The notes beneath the pieces are model-generated. The model saw only the letters and a list, made by a program, of their open reading frames with translations. It ran no database searches and was not told the origin of the DNA. A DNA stretch of 10,095 nucleotides from an archaeon. GTDB taxonomy: Archaea > Asgardarchaeota > Thorarchaeia > Thorarchaeales > Thorarchaeaceae. Location: the NCBI GenBank assembly GCA_024276825.1, contig JAJRWI010000030.1:1-10095 (forward strand). The letters are read 5' to 3'. A program made the translations under genes and the position numbers. This document shows, one piece after another, positions 1-7,383 of the stretch (positions are counted from its first letter, which is position 1; every line of letters starts with the position of its first letter).

Positions 1-712
1 AAGCATCAATAAGCACCTTCTTTGCAAGAGGGTCACCTATTTGAACAGCACCGCGTTTGTCTTCTTCTTCCTCTGAGAGAGCTTCAGAAGCGAAACTTAC
101 TCCAGCAATTCCATCACGGCCGGTTGTAGAGCCGAATATCAGGAGTAGTTGTCCGGGCTTATCTGCCCTGCTTCTGATCACTTTATCAGGTGATGTCACT
201 CCAATGCAGACAACATTGACAAGACAGTTTCCTTCATAGGACTCATCGAATTGGGTCTCGCCACCAATTGTTGGGATTCCAACACTGTTTCCATAGTCTG
301 CAATTCCACGTACAACATGCTCCAGAAGATAGGCATTCTTTGGTTTGCTTGGTGGTCCAAATCTTAAACAGTTCATCAGACCCACTGGCTTACAGCCTTG
401 AGATATCACATCTCTTATAATTCCACCAACACCGGTTGCTGCACCGTTGTATGGATCTATCTGACTGGGATGGTTATGCGATTCCATTGCGACTGCAACA
501 AGAACATCATCACCTATGTCAACAAGACCTGCCCCCTCGCCAATGCCAAGGTACACATTCTCGCCATCGGTCTTAAACAAATGAAACCAACGTTTACTGC
601 TCTTATAGCTGCAGTGCTCGCTCCAAAGAACGTCGAGCATATTTAGTTCGGTCTTTGTTGGTTCTCTTCCCAAGACATTTCTCGCGTGCTCAAGCTCTTC
701 CTTTGTTAGCAT
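1..712 (-). CDS. purL: Phosphoribosylformylglycinamidine synthase subunit PurL (small-PurL type), 5' part; continues beyond the left edge
   Basis: Manual translation from ATG at 712-710: MLTKEELEHARNVLGREPTKTELNMLDVLWSEHCSYKSS...MESHNHPSQIDPYNGAATGVGGIIRD...LRFG...YGNSVGIPTIGGE...GRDGIAGVSFAS...VQIGDP. WSEHCSYKS, ESHNHPS and GAATGVGGIIRD are PurL hallmarks. The frame is open to the window edge. It starts 3 nt after the purQ stop, with SD-like GGAGGCGTGA upstream. Confidence 0.97.
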   Translation of the reverse strand, partial: MLTKEELEHARNVLGREPTKTELNMLDVLWSEHCSYKSSKRWFHLFKTDGENVYLGIGEGAGLVDIGDDVLVAVAMESHNHPSQIDPYNGAATGVGGIIRDVISQGCKPVGLMNCLRFGPPSKPKNAYLLEHVVRGIADYGNSVGIPTIGGETQFDESYEGNCLVNVVCIGVTSPDKVIRSRADKPGQLLLIFGSTTGRDGIAGVSFASEALSEEEEDKRGAVQIGDPLAKKVLIDA

Positions 713-715
713 CAA

Positions 716-1414
716 TCACGCCTCCATCGTCAGTCTTGCAAAGTTCTCAAGTATTGCAAGGCCATCTTCAGAACCTAGAATGGCTCGGGAAGCACGTTCA
801 GGATGAGGCATCATTCCGAGTACATTGCCCTTCTCATTCAACACGCCAGCGATATTCTCCTGAGACCCATTAGGGTTAGCTTCAGGTACAATATTACCAT
901 CACTGTCACAATATCTGAAAGGTATGCGGTTTGAATCAACAAGAGCACGCATCTCAGACTCGGAACAATGATAGTTTCCCTCAGCATGTGCAATAGGAAT
1001 TCTAAGAACTAGGCCTTCGAGACCTTCAGTATAAGGGGTTGGGGACTCGCTGACCTTCAAATAGACCCATTTGCAGATAAATCGCGCAGATTCATTTGGT
1101 AGTAATGTCCCAGGAAGCAGCTTAGCCTCAGTTAATATCTGAAAACCATTACAGATCCCTAATACTGGCTTTCCATCATTTGCAAATGTTCGTACACCAT
1201 CAAGAATCTCCTCTATTGATGCCACAGCTCCGGCTCGAAGATAGTCGCCATATGAGAATCCACCAGGAATCACAATACCTGTGGCATCTTTCAAGACTGA
1301 GGGACTCTCATTGCTATTTACGAGATAAGGCTCAGTGCCAGGAATAAGAGAGAGAGCTCTTATCACATCGTATTCATTATTGGTGCCAGGAAATCGAATC
1401 ACAGCTATTCCCAT
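716..1414 (-). CDS. purQ: FGAM synthase glutaminase subunit PurQ
   Basis: Motifs FPGTN, PGGFSYGDYLRAGA, GICNGFQIL (catalytic Cys), PIAHAEGNY, NPNGS and GMMPHPER (His-Glu of the triad); lies directly upstream of purL. Confidence 0.97.
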   Translation of the reverse strand: MGIAVIRFPGTNNEYDVIRALSLIPGTEPYLVNSNESPSVLKDATGIVIPGGFSYGDYLRAGAVASIEEILDGVRTFANDGKPVLGICNGFQILTEAKLLPGTLLPNESARFICKWVYLKVSESPTPYTEGLEGLVLRIPIAHAEGNYHCSESEMRALVDSNRIPFRYCDSDGNIVPEANPNGSQENIAGVLNEKGNVLGMMPHPERASRAILGSEDGLAILENFARLTMEA

Positions 1415-2379
1415 ACAAGGAGTCCCACCTTTGCTTCTTCAGCTACTGGATTGGACAGTAGTTTCAGGTTCATAGCCCGCAGATGCTCAAGAATCTCAGA
1501 TGTTATTGGATGAGATAATTCAATATCATATACCTTGCCTACACGAACATCATTCACACTCTCAAACCCAAGCCGAGTGAGCGCCTTACGAGTGACCTCG
1601 CCTGGAGGGTTCTTTAATCCTTGCTTTGGCATTACAATCACACGAATTCTTTCCTTTTTGATAGGAATCTCCTTGGGAGTGGCCTTTTTCAAATGCTCCA
1701 CGAGAGTTGCGTATGCCTCAATAAGATCACCCGAGGCCTCGCGGAACAGATCCTTATCAATGGATTCGCCCGTAAGGGTCCACAGACGCATGGTATCTCC
1801 TGATATCTCATCGGCAACTAGTATCTGCCCCTCATCGGTTCTCCCGAACTCGAGTTTGAAGTCGATAAGCGACAAGTCCACCTGCTTGAAGAGTTGGCAT
1901 AGATAATAATTTACAGAACGTGTAACGTTCTCCATGAAGGCAAGTTCCTCATGAGTAACCAGACCCATTACAACAGCTGCATTGCGAGTAATGAGTGGAT
2001 CATGCAACTTATCATCTTTCAAAAAGAACTCAACTATGGGTGGTGAAAATATCTCGCCGCGTTCAATATCGTATCGTCTACAAAACGAGCCTGCTGCAAC
2101 ATTCCTGCAGACCACCTCCACGGGGAATATCTTGACTTTTTTGCATCTTAGCTGGTTCTCATCAAACCTCTTATCAAAATGTGTTTTGATACCCTTTGAT
2201 TCAAGGAATGTAAATAGGATATCTGAGGTCTCGCATGCAAGTTTCCCCTTTCCGCCAATGGTTTCTTTTTTCTCTCCATCGCCTGCAGTCACGATATCGG
2301 TAAACTCCAAGATGATGTGATTTGGAGAGTTTGGATCACTTAGAACTCGCTTTACTTTTCCTTCATGCAATACCTTCAT
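1405..2379 (-). CDS. purC: Fused SAICAR synthetase PurC (aa ~1-232) and FGAM synthase subunit PurS (aa ~243-324)
   Basis: PurC motifs EGKVK, EVVCRNVAAGS, EFFLKDD..HDP, DFKLEFG, ADEISGDTMRLW and DKDLFR. The ~80-aa C-terminal extension (RVIVMPKQGLKNPPGEVTRKALTRLGFESVNDVRVGKVYDIEL...KLLSNPVAE) matches the PurS pattern. No stop separates the two domains. Confidence 0.93.
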   Translation of the reverse strand: MKVLHEGKVKRVLSDPNSPNHIILEFTDIVTAGDGEKKETIGGKGKLACETSDILFTFLESKGIKTHFDKRFDENQLRCKKVKIFPVEVVCRNVAAGSFCRRYDIERGEIFSPPIVEFFLKDDKLHDPLITRNAAVVMGLVTHEELAFMENVTRSVNYYLCQLFKQVDLSLIDFKLEFGRTDEGQILVADEISGDTMRLWTLTGESIDKDLFREASGDLIEAYATLVEHLKKATPKEIPIKKERIRVIVMPKQGLKNPPGEVTRKALTRLGFESVNDVRVGKVYDIELSHPITSEILEHLRAMNLKLLSNPVAEEAKVGLLVWE

Positions 2380-2426
2380 CGGCTTATCTCCACGTTTGTT
2401 GATTCTATTATGGACTCGGTTATGAA

Positions 2427-3500
2427 TTATGTGGAAATCTCATCCAAGCGATCTTCTTCTGACGCTTGTAGGATATCCATCATGCAGAGATCCAATGGTG
2501 AACGGATCTTACGATTGAACTTGAGTGAAAGCCTTCTCATTTCGGGACTTGTTGGCCCCACACATGGCGCTCCAGGCACTCGAGGGCTCAGATCGAACAC
2601 GATGAACTCGGAATCCTCTGTTAGTGCTCCCTGCAGGGAGAAGAGCCCTATCATTTTTGGCGGAAAGTGCTTCTTGACACCAATCAATAGTTTCTCTGCT
2701 GCCTCATATACCAATGGCTTCTTGCTCTCTCGCATGGTCACGCCTTTATGGCCCACTTCTTCATTCAACACATGAATGTTCAGCTTCATCTGTTCACGAG
2801 CAGGCAGGTTCAGTAGTCCACTCAGATTTGTCTGGATGCGATCATCAAAGCCAACAAGATCAAGGGCTCCAAAAACATCATCCAGACCATAGGCCTGGAA
2901 ATTGGCATTAAATCTAGGAGCAATTACAAACTCCTCAATTGTGGCATTTTCAAGGCCCTTTTGAGTAATGACACCATCCTTAACCAGAGTATTGCCTTGC
3001 TCCCAATAGTCATCAGATGACTCTGCATAGAAGAATGCTCTCTCGAGTGGACGGTCTTTCTGCTGAACCTTCACTATTGCAAGACAGTCAATCTCATCAG
3101 GTTTCATGATTCGTGGAATTCGTATTCCAGACTCCTTCAGAAGCCAGTATTGATCCCGAGCAGGGCCACGTTCTTCAACTCTTAAAAGCATTCTATTGCC
3201 ATAGATGGGAACCTCGAACTTTCTCTCAATATTATCATATCCAACATAAACAGAAAATGACCTGTTTGGAATCCAGAGTGTTTCAAGGTCAAGCAGACGC
3301 TCTTGAACCTCCTTCTGAATCATATCGCCAAAGGAATTCAGGGTGATTATGTAATCATACAGATGCTTGTTATAACGAGCATAGAGCTTCTCCCTGCCCT
3401 CTTGGCAAATGATCACAGTCTTAAGCCCGTTTGATTTTGCTGCGACCGCAATCTCCTCAGCACTGTGTGAGCCTATCATCCCAATTGTTGGTACTATCAT
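2427..3500 (-). CDS. PurP-like ATP-grasp protein (DUF1246/DUF1297 family), divergent paralog of FAICAR synthetase
   Basis: N-terminal GSHSA, IPNRSF, P.YGNR.LLR.EER, VKVQ....LERAFF in place of the Gly-rich loop, DDRIQTNL, GH...TMRES and FDLSPRVPG. Overlaps the upstream purP by ATGA (3497-3500) and has a strong SD (GGAGGAGGTG). Confidence 0.88.
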   Translation of the reverse strand: MIVPTIGMIGSHSAEEIAVAAKSNGLKTVIICQEGREKLYARYNKHLYDYIITLNSFGDMIQKEVQERLLDLETLWIPNRSFSVYVGYDNIERKFEVPIYGNRMLLRVEERGPARDQYWLLKESGIRIPRIMKPDEIDCLAIVKVQQKDRPLERAFFYAESSDDYWEQGNTLVKDGVITQKGLENATIEEFVIAPRFNANFQAYGLDDVFGALDLVGFDDRIQTNLSGLLNLPAREQMKLNIHVLNEEVGHKGVTMRESKKPLVYEAAEKLLIGVKKHFPPKMIGLFSLQGALTEDSEFIVFDLSPRVPGAPCVGPTSPEMRRLSLKFNRKIRSPLDLCMMDILQASEEDRLDEIST

Positions 3501-4450
3501 GACAACACCTCCTCCAGTCTGTCTTGCTCTTGTAGTTCCTTAATCTCCATGGCTATTCTTCTGCCCATCCAAACTGGCTTATTGAATTGGATGAATGAGT
3601 ATGGCGAATAGGGAATCCAGATGTTCGTGCCTGCAACAATTCTTCCGCTAAACTCGAAAGTATAGATTTGCTGGTCCTTATCAATTATGGTTTCTAGACA
3701 GAATGGACCGACGAGTTCTTCACCAGTCAATCGCTTATAGGTTTCTGCAAAGGTGACACCCATCTGGTAATACTTTGCAAGAATGGACTCTCGTAATACC
3801 ATAGGTAGATTTCCAATCACAAGGAATGAAGGGCGATTGTTGAATCTCAAATTGGCATCGGCATCAGTTTCATAGCGGATATCAGCCCCAAAGATCTCAG
3901 TCCTGTTTCTTGCAATCGATCTAAAATAGGTCACGAATACTTTTGTCCCTACTATATACTTCTGAAATGTGTATATGATTTGGGGGTCAATCTTTGACTC
4001 CAGTTCATCTCTAGAGCTCGCAATGAAGTAGCCCTCACCACCAGCAGCCCCATGAGTCTTAGCAATTACTGGTCCGTCTATATCATCAATCGATGTGAAT
4101 TCGGGGGGCACCTTTAGTCCTGCCTTCTGCATCAATCTCGTCTTTAGAGACCTGTCCTCCTCCCACTTCAGAAGCTCTTTATTCCCAAAGACCCGTAACT
4201 TGGAGTTCAGTATTCTTTCAGCACCAATGTAGGCGACGAAAGAACCATGGGGGATTATGACAACATCAGAAGTGTCTATGGTCAGAATCTCATCGAATGA
4301 CGAGACCTCCACTATGGAATCGCCAAGGCCAAATGACTGGTAAAATGAAATTCTGTCCGTCTTGCAGTATAGTGCAGTCGCAAATCCTTCAGCCTTCGCC
4401 CCACTGATTATGTTAAGAGCACTATGACTTGCAATTGTCCCAATCTTCAT
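3497..4450 (-). CDS. purP: 5-formaminoimidazole-4-carboxamide ribonucleotide (FAICAR) synthetase PurP (formate-phosphoribosylaminoimidazolecarboxamide ligase)
   Basis: Motifs IGTIASHSAL.I..GAK.EGF, IPHGSF, GAAGGEGYF loop, D.RYE, GNLPMVLRES, GPFCLE, FEFSGRIVAGTN and MGRRIA.EIK. Overlaps the purF stop by ATGA (4447-4450). Confidence 0.92.
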   Translation of the reverse strand: MKIGTIASHSALNIISGAKAEGFATALYCKTDRISFYQSFGLGDSIVEVSSFDEILTIDTSDVVIIPHGSFVAYIGAERILNSKLRVFGNKELLKWEEDRSLKTRLMQKAGLKVPPEFTSIDDIDGPVIAKTHGAAGGEGYFIASSRDELESKIDPQIIYTFQKYIVGTKVFVTYFRSIARNRTEIFGADIRYETDADANLRFNNRPSFLVIGNLPMVLRESILAKYYQMGVTFAETYKRLTGEELVGPFCLETIIDKDQQIYTFEFSGRIVAGTNIWIPYSPYSFIQFNKPVWMGRRIAMEIKELQEQDRLEEVLS

Positions 4451-5844
4451 TTCTCAAACACTCTCTCATAATCACGACATTCTTCATCAGCAGGGCGGTT
4501 CTGAATCTGTTCTCGGATGTATCGTGCATGCTCAGTTGGATATTCACCATCAAGACATGCAAGACACAGGTCTGTTATCCCAATCGCATTAATTAGTCCG
4601 TTCAGGTCTTGATATATCAGTGCATCAGCATTAATGTATTGGGCGATCTCATTCAGTCCCGATTCTGAGGCTATGAGCTCCTTATCTGTGGAAATATCAA
4701 TGCCATAATAGCAAGGATGACTTTGTGGAGGACATGTGACCGCAAAATAGACCTTTGAAGCACCCCGTGCCCGGAGGTCTGACACTATCATCCGCGCTGT
4801 GGTCCCTCTAACAATGCTGTCGTCAACAACAAGAATGCTCTTTCCACGGATCTTGTCTTCGAGATAGATATACTTGTTCTTAGCCAGATTATCGCGTTCA
4901 TCTTGGTCCCTTGCAATGAATGTCCTGCCAAGATATCGGTTCTTCAGGATTATCTCTCGCATTGGAACATTCAGCGCCTCAGCAAGAGCCTGTGCTGCGG
5001 GACGGCTGGTGTCAGGAACAGGAACAACATAATCAGGAGGATCGAGCCTCATCCGAACATAATTGCTTGCAAGAGCTCTTCCGAGTCTAAACCTGACATC
5101 ATAAACCAATTGATTCTCAATGATGGCTGAGGGATGAGCAAAATAGACAAATTCAAAGAAGCAGTGAGTGTGGGTTTCATTCTGTCTTATCGAGTATGAT
5201 TCCATATTCATACCGTTGAATATCAGTAACTCGCCAGGGTAGACATCACGACTCAGCTTCAGGTCCGCCATATCCAACACTTCGCTCTCTGAGGCGACAA
5301 TGACATGTTCAGTTGTTCTGCCAAAGACAAGTGGCTTGAAACCACGAGAGTCACGATAGGCGAAAAGACGGTTGTTATGAATGCCCACAAGGCTGTATGC
5401 ACCATCCACAGCTGAGGAGAGCTTTCTTATTGCGGAGGGGAGATCGTCATTGCATTCATTCAGATAGTCTTCAAGAAGGTCTGTTAAGAACTCACTATCG
5501 CAATCATAGTTTTTACCACTCAAAAACTTCATGTTAGTGATATTGCCATTATGCGAGAGGGCAAGATTTTTCCTGATAAACGGGCCAACGAATGTTTCAA
5601 AATCACTCTCCGAAACAACTCGTTTGCCAGATGTTGGATAGCGTGTGCTACCTAGAATTAATGGTGATGACAAGGATGGCACCTTGATTCTTGCAGGACT
5701 CCCTATTGCCTTTGCAGATTTGATTGTGCCATTTTCAGTCCAAGCGAGACCCGAAGCATCCTGTCCCCTGTGAGTTAGCAACAGTAAGAGATCAGCAGCT
5801 CTTGTCAGATTTGTTAGGCCCATTATTCCGAGTACTCCGCACAT
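4447..5844 (-). CDS. purF: Amidophosphoribosyltransferase, [4Fe-4S]-type
   Basis: N-terminal MCG (Ntn nucleophile Cys), HRGQD, RYPTSG, HNGNI, DSE, VPVPD, GRTFI, PRPP loop VVDDSIVRGTT and PCYYGID. Four putative cluster ligands C228, C378, C427 and C430 (CLAC). Confidence 0.97.
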   Translation of the reverse strand: MCGVLGIMGLTNLTRAADLLLLLTHRGQDASGLAWTENGTIKSAKAIGSPARIKVPSLSSPLILGSTRYPTSGKRVVSESDFETFVGPFIRKNLALSHNGNITNMKFLSGKNYDCDSEFLTDLLEDYLNECNDDLPSAIRKLSSAVDGAYSLVGIHNNRLFAYRDSRGFKPLVFGRTTEHVIVASESEVLDMADLKLSRDVYPGELLIFNGMNMESYSIRQNETHTHCFFEFVYFAHPSAIIENQLVYDVRFRLGRALASNYVRMRLDPPDYVVPVPDTSRPAAQALAEALNVPMREIILKNRYLGRTFIARDQDERDNLAKNKYIYLEDKIRGKSILVVDDSIVRGTTARMIVSDLRARGASKVYFAVTCPPQSHPCYYGIDISTDKELIASESGLNEIAQYINADALIYQDLNGLINAIGITDLCLACLDGEYPTEHARYIREQIQNRPADEECRDYERVFEK

Positions 5845-5850
5845 GTTGAC

Positions 5851-6456
5851 CTACTCCTTTATTATGACTCTGCGGTCTCTCACTTCAAGTCGTCCTTCAC
5901 AGAATAGTCTTACAGAACGAACGAGTATCTCATGCTCTCGAGGCAGAATCCTTTCAGCAAGGGTTTCGCCGGTATCATCAGGATGCACTTCAACTACATC
6001 TTGGAGGATTATTGGTCCTGCATCCATGTCAAGATCAACAAAATGAGTTGTACATCCTGAGAAACGAACACCATACTCAACTGCCTGCCACTGAGCCTTC
6101 ACGCCCTTAAAGGCTGGTAGTAATGATGGATGAACATTGATTATTCTGTTTTCAAATGCATCAACGAACACTTTACTCAAGATTCGCATGTATCCTGCAA
6201 GAACTACAAGATCCACCTCATATTTCTGAAGAGTTTCGACAACCCGAGCATCATGTTCCTCCCGAATGGGGTATTCTTTCTTAGTGATAATGTGAGTGTC
6301 AATCTCAGCCTTTCTTGCACGTTCAAGTCCGAGGGCTTTGCTTTTGTTGCTTATTACAACAACGATTTCCCCGCCTAGACTGCTAGAGTGCTGTGCATCA
6401 ATGAGTGCTTGAAGGTTGGTCCCACGACCGCTAATGAGAACGCCAATGCGTTTCAT
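5851..6456 (-). CDS. purN: Phosphoribosylglycinamide formyltransferase (10-formyl-folate dependent)
   Basis: Motifs ISGRGTNL, LAGYMRIL, INVHPSLLP.F.G (catalytic Asn/His) and HFVD..MDAGPII (catalytic Asp); 201 aa; first gene of the operon. Confidence 0.97.
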   Translation of the reverse strand: MKRIGVLISGRGTNLQALIDAQHSSSLGGEIVVVISNKSKALGLERARKAEIDTHIITKKEYPIREEHDARVVETLQKYEVDLVVLAGYMRILSKVFVDAFENRIINVHPSLLPAFKGVKAQWQAVEYGVRFSGCTTHFVDLDMDAGPIILQDVVEVHPDDTGETLAERILPREHEILVRSVRLFCEGRLEVRDRRVIIKE

Positions 6457-6478
6457 GTAGGTGCGCCGCCATTAGGTT

Positions 6479-6494
6479 CTTTATAATTCTTGTC
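6479..6494 (-). promoter_or_regulatory. Putative archaeal BRE-TATA promoter of the pur operon (leaderless purN)
   Basis: The minus strand reads GACAAGAA-TTATAAAG, ending 22 nt before the purN ATG. The spacing puts the transcription start at or next to the ATG, and there is no SD before purN. Confidence 0.65.
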
Positions 6495-6600
6495 ATTAGC
6501 GATAAAATGTATTTAATTTTGGCAATATATCAATAATTACATATAATTTGAAACCACCTCTAATTAGGACCGAAATACAAGTTTCGAGAAGAATGATATG

Positions 6601-6606
6601 AAAAAG
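6601..6606 (-). terminator. Possible oligo-T archaeal terminator of the upstream membrane-protein gene
   Basis: The minus strand reads CTTTTT a few nt after the TGA at 6612-6614, followed by pyrimidine-rich sequence. Confidence 0.35.
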
Positions 6607-6611
6607 TGGTA

Positions 6612-7199
6612 TCATTCATCAGATTCACCAATCTCTTTGTCGTAGCCCCATTGAATTATGCGTTGTTCATCATCTGTTTCAATCATGGTACCAGGCATAC
6701 AATATCCTATTATTCCCATAACAAGTCCCAAGATATTCATGGACCCACCAATGATGATGTAGGTTCGAGAGTTTGTCAATTGCTTTAAGGAAACATCAAT
6801 CCATGTTATCCCTTCGAGTCTATCTATATAGATGGTGTAATTCCCATATTCCAGACTAATGACATCTTTCATCTCATATCGTATGTTTGAAACACCGGTC
6901 AGTCGATATCTCTCATCCAAAGTATAATTCCGAATTATCACATTATGAGTTTCATTATTCACAATTCGTACATCTACATATATTATGGTTTCATTATCAG
7001 GACTTGCGCCAAGTCCGAACTCAAGCTGCGGGTAGTATCCAGGATCATCTCGAATTTTAAAGGGGTATACATCACCCTCAGGAGCTACATAACCCATATA
7101 GTTGTAAGGGGCCATTACGACGATTGCTCCGCCCAGTAGAAGTATAAAGGCGCCGCCAAAATACAGGAATGCTTTTTTCCAGAACCATGCACTTCTCAT
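6612..7199 (-). CDS. Hypothetical two-TM membrane protein with an extracytoplasmic loop (ORF track start 7256; ATG at 7199, MRSAWFWKK, preferred)
   Basis: Hydrophobic segments FLYFGGAFILLLGGAIVVMA and YIIIGGSMNILGLVMGIIGY flank a ~125-aa region rich in alternating hydrophobic residues with four N-X-T sequons (NET, NET, NYT, NYT). Acidic C-terminal tail. Confidence 0.8.
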   Translation of the reverse strand: MRSAWFWKKAFLYFGGAFILLLGGAIVVMAPYNYMGYVAPEGDVYPFKIRDDPGYYPQLEFGLGASPDNETIIYVDVRIVNNETHNVIIRNYTLDERYRLTGVSNIRYEMKDVISLEYGNYTIYIDRLEGITWIDVSLKQLTNSRTYIIIGGSMNILGLVMGIIGYCMPGTMIETDDEQRIIQWGYDKEIGESDE

Positions 7200-7383
7200 T
7201 GAATCCACAGAGTAAGAATTCTCTATGGAGTCATATAGGTGTAGCGAAAAAAGCATTAATCAATAAACTGTTAATACAATCAGATTGTTTAATATTCTTA
7301 ATGGCCCAGATCAATAACTCGTGTTCTAGAGCAAGTGCATTATGAGTAGACATTTAACAATGGCTATTCAATGAGGAGATGAA

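Noticed and set aside
690-719. GTG at 719-717 overlapping the purQ stop as the purL start
   Set aside because: That frame hits TGA after 9 codons; the PurL frame begins at ATG 712 (or TTG 715).
57-6788. Many plus-strand ORFs of 60-136 aa (e.g. 1535-1906, 1982-2320, 2365-2775, 6130-6378)
   Set aside because: They are antisense shadows of well-supported minus-strand genes, with Ser-rich, motif-free translations.
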